Shown piece after piece: positions 36,901 through 48,794 of a DNA stretch of 64,000 bases (position 1 is the first letter of the stretch; each line of letters starts with the position of its first letter). Under the pieces are notes generated by a model. It was not told the DNA's origin. It did no database searches and was given only the letters and a program-made list of their open reading frames with translations. Origin of the DNA: Isurus oxyrinchus (taxonomy: Eukaryota). Made by a program: the position numbers and the translations under genes. Where the stretch lies: positions 163,494,001 to 163,558,000 of the forward strand of contig JANJGN010000009.1 of assembly GCA_026770705.1 (NCBI GenBank). Reading direction: 5' to 3'.

Positions 36901-39900
36901 CAAAATATGAAACAATGTAACTTGATCTGAATAGGAACAGATGGAAATGTGTTTGTACTCAAAAGAGTTACATTTCCTCAACTCTCGAGGCCTTCCGTGC
37001 TCAGTGGGGACTGGGGTGCTTTATTGACCCCTTTTAGCACTTTTTGGTTTAAAGTTGTAAGTTTCCTTTAAACTTCGTTCTTGGTTTTACAGCTGACCTA
37101 AATTAGGGGCTGTCCCTTATTTATCCTAATTTTGTAAATTTAGTTTAATTGTTTTGACTCTATAAGAGTTACATCTCCTCAACCCCCGTAATATGAGCCG
37201 CCTCGGGGACATGTTCTCTGTGCCATTTGGCACAGCAAAGAGGAGCTTTTTGTACGGACTGCTGCTGCACATCTTCCATTTTCTCGCCCTTCTCCGCCGC
37301 CTGGATATGCCCTGGCATGCCTTGTTGCCTTCCGGCAGCGGAGGCCCCCGATGGGAGGCCCTCTGAGGAGGTGTCCTCCCCCTTTCTATCGGGGACCTGG
37401 GTTCGAGGGTGTTGCATGCAGCAGTCCCCTATAATAGGAGAATTCATAGGTTCACGGACTCCCAAGACACATGCCCTTTTCGTGGTCTTGTGGAGTCCGT
37501 GGACCATGCATACATAGGGTGTGGTAGGTTGCACTCCCTTTTCAGTTACTTGATGAACCTTTTGTTAATGTTTTGTTTGCACTTCAGCCCCACGCTCCTG
37601 ATCTATGGACACCCGGTGCGGAAGGGGGTCGGAAAGGAGGAGGACCTCCTCGTGAACCTGCTCCTGGGCCTGGCCAAGTTGGCCATTAACAGGTCCAGGC
37701 AGCAGGCGATCGAAGGGGGAGTCCCGCCCAATTATTTATCCCTCTTCCGCGGCTACGGTCGCAGCCGGATGTCCCTGGAAAGGGAGCATGCGGTGTCTGC
37801 CGGCACTCTCGAACCCTTCCGTGCTCGGTGGGCACCGCGGGGACTGGGGTGTTTTGTTGACCTCTTTTATCACATTTTGGTTTAAAGTTGTAAGTTTCCT
37901 TCAAACTTTGTTCTTGGTTTTACAGCTGACCTGAATTAGGGGCTGTGCCTGATTTATCCCAATTTTGTTAATTTAGTTTAATTGCTTTGACTCTATAAGA
38001 GTTACATCTCCTCAACTCTCGAGACCTTCTGTGCTCGATGGGTGACCACGGGGGTTGGGGTGCTTTATCCAGCCTCTTAATCACATTTTGGTTTGATGTT
38101 GTAAGTTTCCTTTAAATCCTGTCTTTGGTTTTGCAGTGACCCTAACTTAGGGGCTGCGTTTTATTTTGTTCCTCATTTTGTTAATTTAGTTTATTTGTTT
38201 GGCTTTAAAAGAGCTACATCTTCTCAACTTTCCTAATCCTCCCGTTACATCTTGGTGCTCCGCAGACATCCAGAGTGGAAGTAAAGACAGTCTGCTGACT
38301 GCTATGCTCTGTCTGTGATAACTTTGGCGGGCGTCCTCTGGAGGCCTGAGGCCTGGAGGGCCCCGGCTTCCTTTCGAGGTCCTGCTGTGTGGCATTACCA
38401 CCCTCCTTGGCCTGTGGACCTGGAGCTGTCAAGGTCACAGTAAGAGGGGAGTTACCAGGATGAATGGCCCCGGAGGGTACACATGTTGATCCTTCTCGCT
38501 ATTGGCTGAATTAGCGAGCAGCAGGGGTAGCTGGAGTGAGATTGAGCTGCCCGCACCCCTCTCTCATACACACTGTCAGGGGCCAACTATACATCAGCAA
38601 TGGAGTTCAGCCCCACAGCAGTGTAGGAACGGTGCCCTGGACCAACATCTCCAAGGCACCTACGATCCTACCAGTGTTGACCTTGGTGCATTGACATGCC
38701 AGCGCTATCACCTCAGAGTGCAGGTGGATGGATTCCTCCATATTAACTGAAAATTTTATTTAAAAAGAGAGAAGGTCACCATCTAATCCTTTATTAACTG
38801 TGTTTAATTGTATGCAGTGGTAGCATTAAACAGATGTCTTCAGGTCTGGGCCTTGTACACACTGTCTCCTGGGAGTTCTGACCAGCTACCCTGCTGTCTT
38901 CAGGGAGATCTGGCCAACCATCCTGCTGTGTTCTGGGAGATCTAAGCAGCTACCCCCTCACATAGGCTTCAGTATTCCCTTAAATGTGTTTCTTCTCTTT
39001 CATCTCTCTTTGTTGCAACCAGTCTGAAAAGAAATGCTTTTCTTCAAAGGATTGATTAAATCAATCTTTACCTCTTAGACTTGTAAAAACAAACTTACTC
39101 TATGTTTATGTCACGTCCTTACACCTTTTTACAACCTGCATATATCTCCCTTTGAACTAAAACAACACAATTCAAACTATTTCTGTTATTGCTTCATGTA
39201 CAAGTCTGTTGTAGTTCTTTTTTGTTTATTAACATATCAAAACCACTTCAAATTGTTGACTTTTGACCCTATCCACTGATGAGGCAGTCCATGTCATGGA
39301 ACCATAACCTTAAATCTGGAGATAGGCTCGTCAGGGATGTCAGGAATCACTTCTTCACGCAAAGTATAGCGGAAATCAGGAACACTCTCCTCAAAAAAGC
39401 TCTTGAACTTAAATGAAAATTTCAAAACTGATTGACAGATTTTATCTGGTAGCAATATTCGGGTTATGGGACCCCGGTAGGTAAATGGACAGAAGATACT
39501 GGTCAGTTGGGATTTAATTGAATTGTGGAACAGGCTGAAGGGGCTGCATGTCCGAATCCCTTTTCCATGTTCTGGAGCCCCAGTTAATTTTTCAGTGGTC
39601 TGGGCCTTGTGAGTAACAATGTGCTGTGAAACAAGCTCACAAACAGTTAGCATTTCAAAGAGACACTTTCCAATCACCAGGCAAACTGTGACCTGTGTTG
39701 TTTCAGAGTACAGTTTGTGACAGTGAAAGCAGTGAAGGCCTGCCAAACCTCATTAAAATCAAGTTCTGTCGAAGGGTCATGAGGACTCGAAACGTCAACT
39801 CTTTTCTTCTCCATCGATGCTGCCAGACCTGCTGAGTTTTTCCAGGTAATTCTGTTTTTGTTTTGGATTTCCAGCATCCGCAGTTTTCTTTGTTTTTATC

Positions 39901-42900
39901 TCATTAAAATGTTGGTGAAATTGTCACTTTTCTCTGGCTAATCCCTTGACCAAAGAGGGAATTTTAATTCCCCTCCCCCATCCTGCATCGTGTTGAGGCA
40001 TGATGGGATTTGCTGGATCCAGAACCTTCTCCAGCACGGCTTGTGATCCAGGAGACACACGAAAGCTTCACCCCCACCCCCAGGCAAATGTTTTATACAA
40101 TTTCTCCCTCCCCATGATTGGCCAATCCTGCCCCAAGCAGCAAAGTCACCCTGACTCCCTCCTCGCTGTTGTGCTCCGAGGCAACATTCCCACCAATTTC
40201 CAAACTTTTACCATAACGTTCCTACTTGGAAACCAGCCAAACATTCAATCAGTGTGCAAGAATTCTGGTGAGATTTTGCTGTTAAATTCGGCACAAACTC
40301 AACATTCCTGGTATTTCCAGCTTTCTCACCACCCCACGCACAGTCCCCCCTCTCGTCTCCACGTACCAGGGTTGAAGTGTTCTATCGCAGCATGCAGAGA
40401 ACCAGAGCCAATCACATTTACATTCTTATCCAAAGCTACAAAACATGTAACCGATATCTGACAACATTTTGCCCTCATTTTACCCTTTGCTTTTCTAAGA
40501 TTCTCTCCAACCAATTCACATTCAACTCACAAACAATGAAACAGCATTGGAGGCTCACTACCAGCTACGAAGAGATATTGTTCACCATGATATTCATGTT
40601 AACATACTCTCAGTATCATAGCTGCTGTTCTGATCTGGAGACCTGATATGTTCTGATATAATGGCTGAAAGGGTAACTCAGGCCTCTAAGAGGATGGAGA
40701 GATATGGGGATGGATTTTTAAAAAGTATGGTGTCAGGATTAGAGATGGGTGGGTGTGAAATTTGACACCGCTGGTCTCCATGCCAATTTACTGTTACAAT
40801 CCCAAGCCCGAAACATTTAGAAAGCAGGCGGCTTGCAGTCAAGTGGTGGGCAGCTAACTTAGGAAATAACATTTACCAAAGGGGCCAATTAAAGACCCAT
40901 TCCTGCGCCCACTGGGATTTCATTCAGCAATGCAAGCAGACCACATTACCCCTTCAGGATCATGGCCCGGCAGCTGCCGGGTTTTGAAACATAAAATAAA
41001 CTTACCTGGACTTTCCCCTTGCTGTCTCCATGCTCAGGTCAGCAACTCCCACCTCACCTGGTGAGGCCCTCTAGCATCAGGAGCCCGCCCACTGTCCCTG
41101 ATTGGATGGTGAGCCAGTTCCAGTCTTTTGATTGGCAAGAACATTGAAAATTGCAGTGGGCATGCCTAAAGAATGGTGAATGGTGTCAGGACCTGAAACT
41201 ATCTCCCATGTCCAGTTCCCAAACCCAAATTTAACATCCACCCCATAGAGTGGTAGATGTGTTGGTGAGATTCCAACATGGCAGAGCCTGGCTGAGATGA
41301 AGTGCAAAGTTTGAAGAGTATTTGATTATTAAATGTTCAGTATCTGAATGTTTCTTTCTTTCCAACAGAACCCGTGTCTGTTCCTGTGCTTAGATTTTCA
41401 TCACCAGCAAATGTCTCATGTTCTGGGGGTTCAGTGTCCGTCTCCTGTGAGTCTGTCCAGGGATCCCTTCCCATTCAGTACACATGGTATGAAAAGAACC
41501 TGTCTGAAGATTCAAAGATCTCTGACACCAATAAACTGGATCTACATTGTCAATCCTTCAAACAGCAACATCATCAATATTACTGCACAGCCTCAAATAA
41601 TCAGGGAGTAAAATCCAGTGACACTGTCACTGTTAACTCAACACTCATGAATGTAACAACGAAAAGCTACAGTTATGTGATACAAATTGGAAACATTGGT
41701 AAGTGTTACTTTCTACAAACAACGTGGCGAATGAATGTTTAAAATTCATGTCTATCCAAACTGGTCACTGTTTCAGTTCCTTCAGTTTATCTGAGAAATT
41801 GCAGCTGGCCAAATTCACTCTCTCTGGTTCCTCAAACATTCTGAACAAGGTCACTAAGTTGCATTTTTCATGAAAAATGGACAGGATCAGAAAATATCCC
41901 CAAAACATGCAAAAATATTGCAGAATCTCCAATAAACCCATCGAATCAAAATAGCATTTGATTGACAGAGCTTTCATAAAGCAATTTGTCTATTTCCAGC
42001 AGATGGAATTGTGAAATGCAACCTCCAACTGTTGTGTCCTAGTTTGGGAAGGATATCACTGATAGAATAGAGAAGAATTGAATTAAAATGAACCCTTGGA
42101 CGAGAGGTTTTAGTCATGAGGAAAGTATCATCACAACTGAGGTGAATGACCAGCTGGAGGACGTGGAAATTGTTAGAAATTTGGATAAGATAACTCTAAC
42201 TATTTCCACTAGTCAGTGAGTCAGCAACAAGAGAGCATTAACTTTAAAATTATCACTAAAAGGACAAAGGGAGAAATTTGGAGAATTTTATTGATGCAAA
42301 CTGTTTTTAGGACATGGAATGCCCAACTGAAAGAAGTTTACAAACAAATTTAATAATAGATTTTAAAAGGGAAACAAATGTATGAGGGTGTGGGAAAAGG
42401 ACAATGAAATGGAATTAAATGAGGAGATCATTCAGAGAACCAGCATTGGAGCGATGGGCTGAATTCCCTCCCCTGTGTTGTAAAAATTCCATCATTCCAG
42501 ACAAAATCTCAACTTATCCTGTCTAAAAAATTAACTATTCCCTCCCCATAAAACAATGACCCTGGTTCTGACATAAGGAGGACTTTAGCCTATTTGAATG
42601 TAGCGGTTCAATTTTCTGCAGAGTGGGTGCAGCATGTTCACCGAGAAACACCAACATGGGCACAAAACAAAGAGAATCACATTTTCACCTGAGCAGCAGG
42701 AGACAGGAATTTACATATGCAAATATATTGACTCTGGTCATGTGGTCTCTTGCCTCAGTTGTCAGGGAAGAAGGGTGGAATTTTACACCCCCATTGCGCC
42801 AGGGACTGGGCTGTAAAATGCAGCCAGCCATTCTAAACTCCATGCACTCCAGCAGGACCATAAAATCCCACTGTCACAAGGCTCTGAGCAAAGGCTGTCA

Positions 42901-45900
42901 GCAGCAGGTAGAAATTACACCTGTAAACTGTGTTTGTACTGGAGTTGTCAGCAGGGACTCAGTTGCACTCTGACCTTTGATGCCAGTCTTTTGTAGTTAC
43001 AAGTTCCCCTTAAGAGTTAAAATTCGGGCTGATACCATGATCCAGCACTGAGGTAGTGCTATACTGGTGGTGGTGCTGCTGTGTAGATGAGGTGTTAAAC
43101 TGAGGATCCACATCCCCGTTAGGTAGATGTAAACATTTCCAGGGTATTATTCACAGAATAGGGAAGTTCTCCTGGTGTCCTTGAAGCCTTTATTCCTCAA
43201 CCAATACACACAAATAGGGAGCAGGAGCAGGGTATTTGGTCTTTTGAGCCTGTTAATGTCACTACAAAACAGATCATCTAGTGAATGTTTTACTGATGTT
43301 TGTGGGGCTTTGCTGTGTACGAATTAACTTTCACGTTTCTTGATATTAAAACTGTGGCTTTACTTCAAAAAAGTACTTCATAGGCTCTGAAGCACTTTGG
43401 GATATCCCAAGGTTGTGAAAGGTGATGAATCAACACACATTGTTTCTTACTTTTTGAAACAAATGATTTATTAAAATACATCTGAACCAATTATCTGAGT
43501 GCAAACGGCAGGGGGGAGGGGGAGGGAGGAGCCAGTCCCAGCAGCAAGGTGGGTCATTATAATTAAATGGACAGAAAATCACTGGCAGGTTTGAGACATT
43601 CATGGTCTGTTGGTGAAGATTCTCATCTTTACTGCAAGCTCAGAAAACTGCCCCCAAAGGGCAGAAAGTGACCATTGCCAGTATTAGGATGTGACTGTTT
43701 AATGTGTTCACATGAAATTCATGTAATGAAAGTGTATCTCTGGATTGTAGTCCACCAACCTGAGCCCTTAAATGGCCCACCAACTCTCAGATATAGTAAA
43801 GAAAGTGGAATTACCAGTAAAGATAGATCACCACCAAGTATCTGCGACCTCTCCACTTGTGACCAGAGAGGGGTAAATTACACAGAAATCAATTCTACCA
43901 GCCAGGCTTTTCCTCAATTAATGAGGTTCCATTTGACAATGATGCTCTCTCAGTTGACTACAAGTGAAAATGAGCTGAATCTGAATGTTATTCTTTTGCT
44001 TCAACAGGACCTGAGTATTTTTGTGATGTTTCTACAACAGTATCACCAACTACACATTTGACAAGTACAGATATAATTTCCACTACCATTCGAACCACAC
44101 CTTCAGATCCCGAAAATGCTGAAAGGTACAATGTTCTCATGGATTGGCATTGCTTCCATATGTGAGAGATACGATTGGCCAAAGGAGTGAAAGTTGTTCA
44201 TTAATTTGGAAAGTAGCTCATCAGAATGGAAATGGTGGCTGGGTTTATATCATGCTGTTGTGTTAGCTTCTTAATGAGGGTGCATTTTTCTGTTGGAAAA
44301 TACAAGCAAGGAGTGAGCTTTTCCATTGTGTTGCTGCTCAGATGGTGTTTTATGCCTTATTCACCTTGATTACTTCACCGCTAAGGTAATCTCACAGTGT
44401 GTGAGGAGTTGTACTTGTCAAACTTACCTTGCTGCTGCCTACACTGACAGAGTAGCTGTATTTGGGCTGATGAAAAGGAAGAATTAGCGTGATATATCTG
44501 CACATCCTTTGGTTTCACTAATGAGAGACATCTTGCAGCTCTCGGCCCGTTTCCATATTATAAACCTAAGCTGTTGACAATAAGTAGCAGAAATTGTAGT
44601 CCGATGTAAACACTCAGGAATCGGGTCTTTGAAGTTACAATGGTGATAAAGAGAAAACGCCAACTAAATGTCAAACAGAAAGAGGGACAGTTGGAAATGG
44701 ACAGCAGGTATGTCCGCAGCTGTGGAGAAAATAAACACGTTCATGGTTTGGGTGTAGACACTTCTTCAGAATTCTAGTCCACACACGAAGTGAAACAGGT
44801 CCACTCACCCCACAGATCCCAACTGAGCTGCTGAATGTTTCCAGAATATTCTGTTTTCCATTCATATTTCTAGCACATGCAGTGCACTTACTTTTATCCA
44901 GATTATTGTCAATGATTTAAGAAGTATAGAAAGTATCTGATTTTTATTTTAAGACAAATCTCTATGTCTGCTCTGTTGTATAAAGTTGACAACAAAGATC
45001 ATCTGAATATGAAATCCATATATGTATGAAACAGTTATTACTTCCACTTTTTTCAGGGAACATCAGGTATTCTTGCATTTGGATTTTAATAATTAAAACT
45101 GACTCAGTATTAAACAAGGCTCAGTGGTAACACACTCACCTTACATGTCAAAGGCTGTGGGTTCACTTCCACTCCAGAGACCTCAGCACATTATCTTGGC
45201 TGACACTCCAGTGCACTACTGAGGGAGTGCTGTGCTGTTGGAGGTGCCACCTCTCAGATGTGATACACCCAAGGCCCATCTGCTCTCTCAGGTGGGTGTA
45301 ACAGATCCCATAGTGACATTCATAGAAGAGCAGGGCAGTTCTCCCTCGAGACCTGGGCAACATCACTAAAAAAAACAAATTATTTGTTCATCCAACTAAT
45401 TGCTATTTGTGGGAGCATGCTGTGTGCAAATTGAGTGCCACATTTGCCAAATTACCACAGTTACACTGCATTAAAAATATTCATTGCTTGTAAAGTGCTT
45501 TGGGATGTCCTGAGGTCATGAAAGCCACTTTATAAATATCTACCTTTAAATATTTCTTTAAACAAATGGCCAATAATCAATTGTGAACCAACACTGTCCC
45601 TTGTCTATTCTCTGTTTCACAGTCTGATTTACATTGTGCTCGGAGTGCTGGGGGGCATTCTTGTGGTGTTTGCTGTTTCTCTACTTCTGTACCTGAGGCA
45701 AATCAACAAGGGTGAGTTTTTATTTCTCTTTAATCATTTTATTATATGGCAATAATTTGCTGCAGAAGGAAAGAATATACAGTTTGTTGGATCAATCAAC
45801 AATCACCCATGACCCTAGTATTCTCATTCTGGTCTACACATATTGAACATGGGGCTGAATTTTTCTCTATTCGAGCGGGCGCACACCAGATCCAAACGAG

Positions 45901-48794
45901 AGTAAAATAGTGCGCGATGAGGTCAGACGAGCTTCTGGACATTATCGTACACTCTGGCGATATTTCTCTCTGCAGGCACGTGCGAGAGGCGGCAGCACGC
46001 CCGCTGACAATGAAGCAACATATTAAGGCCCTTAATCAATTAATAGAATTGAATTTTTTGCTGCCGGTCCAACTGTTCAGTTGGTTTGTGGTCAAATCGG
46101 CCAATCAGCCTTTGCACTTTTGGCGAAACCTCATCAATGGGCGGGATGGGGTTTTGACCAGTGATTAAAGCAAAAACTTTGAGAACTCGTATTTAAATGG
46201 CCATGGTCATTTGCAAAGTCACATGAGGGGACATGTTTTCATTAGTTTTCAATTCTTTATTTCAATTGTTCAAAATCTTCAGCTCCCTGAGGCAGCTCTG
46301 AGACTCAGGGAGCTTTCACTGTCAGCACGCGCACACATGCACAAACTTGCACGCTTGCCCTCCTCCCACCCTCACGCCAGCAGTGCTGAGCGTTGCAGCG
46401 CGTATTATGCACTGACTGTCCATTAATCTTCCAGCCCGTATGAAATCGATGTTGGGGCCTGATTCGGGGCAGTGGTCGGCTTCACAACCACTCCTGAGCC
46501 CACCTGCCATGCCCATCCGACAAGGGCAAAATTCTGCCCATGGAATAATTAAGTTGAGTATTGCTGATAAAAAATACATTTGAACAGATGAACAAGGAGC
46601 AGGAGTAGGCCATTCAGCCCCTCGAGCCTGCGCCGTTATTCAATAAGGTCATGACTGATCTGATGGTAACCTGAAATCTGCATCCCAGCTACCCCCCACA
46701 TAACCTATCACCCCCTTGTTTACCAAGAATCTATTCACCTTCCCCTTAAAAATATTCAAAGACTCTGCTTCCCCCACCTTTTCAGGAAGAGACTTCCAAA
46801 GACTCATGACCCTTGGCGTGAAAAAATTTTGCCTCATCTCCATTTTAAATGAGGGCGACCCCTTATTTTTAAATAATGACCCCTAGCTCTAGATTCTTCC
46901 ACAAGAGGAAACATTCTCTCCACATCCAGCCCATCAAGACCCCTCAGGATTTTATTCTGTTGAAGCAATCAGCACTCTCTTCTCATGCAGTATAAATTGT
47001 TGCTCCCTTTATTGTTGGTATTGTTGCAAACTGTCCTGATGAGAACAAGGCAAAAAGCTTTGACAGTGCGTCTCTTTGAATGAGAAAAATTGGGCCTCTG
47101 ATTTCTCCCTGTGATGAATTGCTTGACCTTACATCAATGACACAACATAACAGGTACTTGTATTCAGGATAGAATTGATCAGTTTTTGAAATGCTCAATC
47201 CTAAACACACGGGAGTTAATTTTCTCTTTCACATCACGGGTGTTAATCTGTCAGAGTGCTAAATAGAAATTAATGGAATGAAATTTGGGTGCGTTCTCTA
47301 ATAGACAATCTGTTCTGTCAGACAGAAAACGTCATATGCTGGTAGTGTAGTTGCTGGTTTCTGGTGTGTGTGGCCTATCTTAACGAGAGAAACTAGTGTT
47401 ACTCTGTGACTTGCTTTAAACTGCTTTATTAACACTGTATTTAAGAGAGGTTACAGAGTAGGTATGCCTCCCCTGAGTAGAGTGTTCCATCCTCTCTCCC
47501 AGGTAAATAGCACATGACTGCCAATTTCATTGATACATCATGGTGTACATCACTCATCAGCATAGCTATTCTATTAACCCATTACACTACAAACCCTTTT
47601 GTCATGCTATGTATAATAACCAGGCTGATTGTTCAATCCATGTTGGAAATCATTGGTGCAATGCAGATGAACACATTTCCATGAATGTGGATCAATGTCA
47701 GGTTTAGCACACTTGCAACTCATGTTTAGTTTAGAGATTTTAAACATATTAACCATTCCTTGTTACAGTTCTTTCAACAGTTACATTGTAATTTTTCAGG
47801 TACAAACTGCATTCCAAGTCAGCGGAGAGACAAGACTCTCCATTATAATCAGGTAAGGATATAAACATTACTTCTCTGAATACTGTTTGGAAATTTGCAA
47901 GCTGGTGGATATAGAATTTACTAAGAACTTACAGCCATTCGGCCCATCTGCACGAGGCTGGTTTTTATGCTCCACATGAACCTCCTCTCACCCCTCTTCA
48001 TCCCACCCTATCAGCATATCCTTCTGTCCTTTACTCTCTCATGTGCTTATCTAGCTTTCCTTTAAATGCAGCAATCCTATTGGACTCAACTCCTCCCCAG
48101 GGAAGGAATAAGGAATTCAGAAGAAACTTCTTTACCCAGAGAGTGTCAGAATCTGAAATTCGTTACTTTAAGTCAAAGTTCAGGCAAAAACCATAAATAA
48201 AGCTGGATAAAGCTGGATAAGCAGTTGAGGGAGAAGGTAATAGAAAGATATTTTGAAGAGGTTGGATGAAGAGGGGTGGGAGGAGGCTTGTGAGGAGAAT
48301 GATACTGGTATAGACCCATTGGGCTGAATTGTTTGTTCCTGTGCTGTAAATAATTTTTAATATCTTGTAATCCTTTATAAACTGATTTATAATAATGGAT
48401 ATATAGCTTTCTCCTCATAACAGCACAAGTCACCATTCAGGCTAATCAAAAATAAATGCAATCATTTTTTTAATATATTTAGGAATTGGCAGCAGAGGAA
48501 GAGGGCACTGTGTATGCAAATGTAAACCACACTCAAAGGAGCTCGGCAGGAACACACAGAGAGGGAACTGCCGAGTTGAATAATGAGGAAATCACATATG
48601 CAGCAGTGCAATTACAAAAGAAATCGTCTACACAGAGAGGTGAAGGGACAAGTCACTCAGTTAACAACCCGGACAGTGTCATCTACAGTGGAGTCATGAT
48701 TCACAACCAGCCCACAAAGAAAAACCCTAAAACTCCATTACATGATACTCCCCAGGAATCTGAAATGGCAATTTATGCTACCGTTACTCATTAG
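27901..48794 (+). CDS. CD300/pIgR-like (MDIR-like) V-C2 inhibitory Ig receptor, paralog B, complete, 417 aa
   Basis: Exons 27901..27937, 29800..30114, 41369..41698, 44008..44125, 45623..45711, 47800..47852, 48483..48794 total 1254 nt in one open frame with canonical splice sites. The protein starts MWILILLISSLPVSGALWAKKEVTGVVG and ends AIYATVTH*. Confidence 0.88.
29800..30114 (+). CDS. Paralog B exon 2: CD300/pIgR-type V Ig domain
   Basis: tcctcag|TT TCA GGT...TAC G|gtacat; ITIECHY, KYWC...C, GRISITD, F-x-V-T-M-x-x-L...DTGWYSCGI signatures. An in-frame alternative acceptor lies 6 nt downstream. Confidence 0.92.
31009..36452 (-). mobile_element. Composite Penelope-like element (RT + GIY-YIG) with tandem and inverted pLTRs
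   Basis: ORFs 33876..35042 (LSKGLSF, KPADKGG), 32293..33264 (FYLLPKIHK, MDIQSLYTSIP, YIDD), 31667..32071 (NLVYCIRC..C...YIGKTKRRL). pLTRs at ~31015-31560, 33455-33960, 35380-35730 (minus) and 35845-36452 (plus). Frameshifted. Confidence 0.93.
36831..36902 (+). pseudogene. tRNA-like sequence (tRNA pseudogene or SINE head)
   Basis: A-box TAGCCAAGTGG, B-box-like GAATTCAAATC, anticodon-like arm TGGG-TTTGTAA-CCC; poor acceptor stem. Confidence 0.45.
36983..38228 (+). mobile_element. Three tandem 5'-truncated L1/Tx1-clade 3' ends
   Basis: ORF 37409..37885 CPFRGLVESVDHAYIGC...LLLGLAKLAINRSR...TLEPFRARW is the Tx1 ORF2 C-terminus. Units are separated by AAGAGTTACATCTCCTCAAC-like repeats. Confidence 0.85.
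39300..39570 (+). mobile_element. Degraded CR1 3' end
   Basis: ggaccataaccttaaa...gtcaggaatcacttcttcacgcaaag...tggaacaggctgaagggg. Confidence 0.6.
39755..39900 (+). mobile_element. Young Penelope pLTR end (its paralog ends at window positions 1..40)
   Basis: Near-identical to 10200..10310. Confidence 0.8.
39761..39800 (+). ncRNA. Minimal type I hammerhead-ribozyme-like motif in a Penelope pLTR (A6U core variant); identical copy at 10204..10243
   Basis: AGTT-CTGTCGA-A-GGGTC-ATGAG-GACTC-GAA-ACGT-C-AACT: stem I, core, stem II, palindromic helix III and GUC cleavage site. Confidence 0.55.
41369..41698 (+). CDS. Paralog B exon 3: C2-type Ig domain
   Basis: Same boundaries as 1508..1837; 3 nt differences. 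Confidence 0.92.
44008..44125 (+). CDS. Paralog B exon 4: stalk
   Basis: cag|GA CCT...GAA AG|gtacaa; ...ISTTIRTTPSDPENAE. Confidence 0.85.
45623..45711 (+). CDS. Paralog B exon 5: transmembrane
   Basis: Identical to 5778..5866. Confidence 0.9.
47800..47852 (+). CDS. Paralog B exon 6: cytoplasmic exon 1
   Basis: cag|GT ACA...AAT CAG|gtaagg; GTNCIPSQRRDKTLHYNQ. Confidence 0.82.
48483..48794 (+). CDS. Paralog B exon 7: ITSM/ITIM tail
   Basis: tttag|GAA TTG GCA...CAT TAG; same four Tyr motifs as paralog A. Confidence 0.92.
   Translation, partial: ELAAEEEGTVYANVNHTQRSSAGTHREGTAELNNEEITYAAVQLQKKSSTQRGEGTSHSVNNPDSVIYSGVMIHNQPTKKNPKTPLHDTPQESEMAIYATVTH

Noticed and set aside
36831-36902. Functional tRNA-Thr(TGT) gene
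   Set aside because: The acceptor and T stems pair poorly and the B box is altered; treated as a tRNA-derived repeat.
36963-38228. CRISPR-like repeat-spacer pattern
   Set aside because: Eukaryotic context; the spacers are homologous retrotransposon tails of unequal length and the repeats behave as target-site duplications.
27901-48794. Assigning a symbol such as PIGR, CD300LF or FCRL
   Set aside because: The domain architecture matches none of them one-to-one, and orthology cannot be established without a phylogeny.
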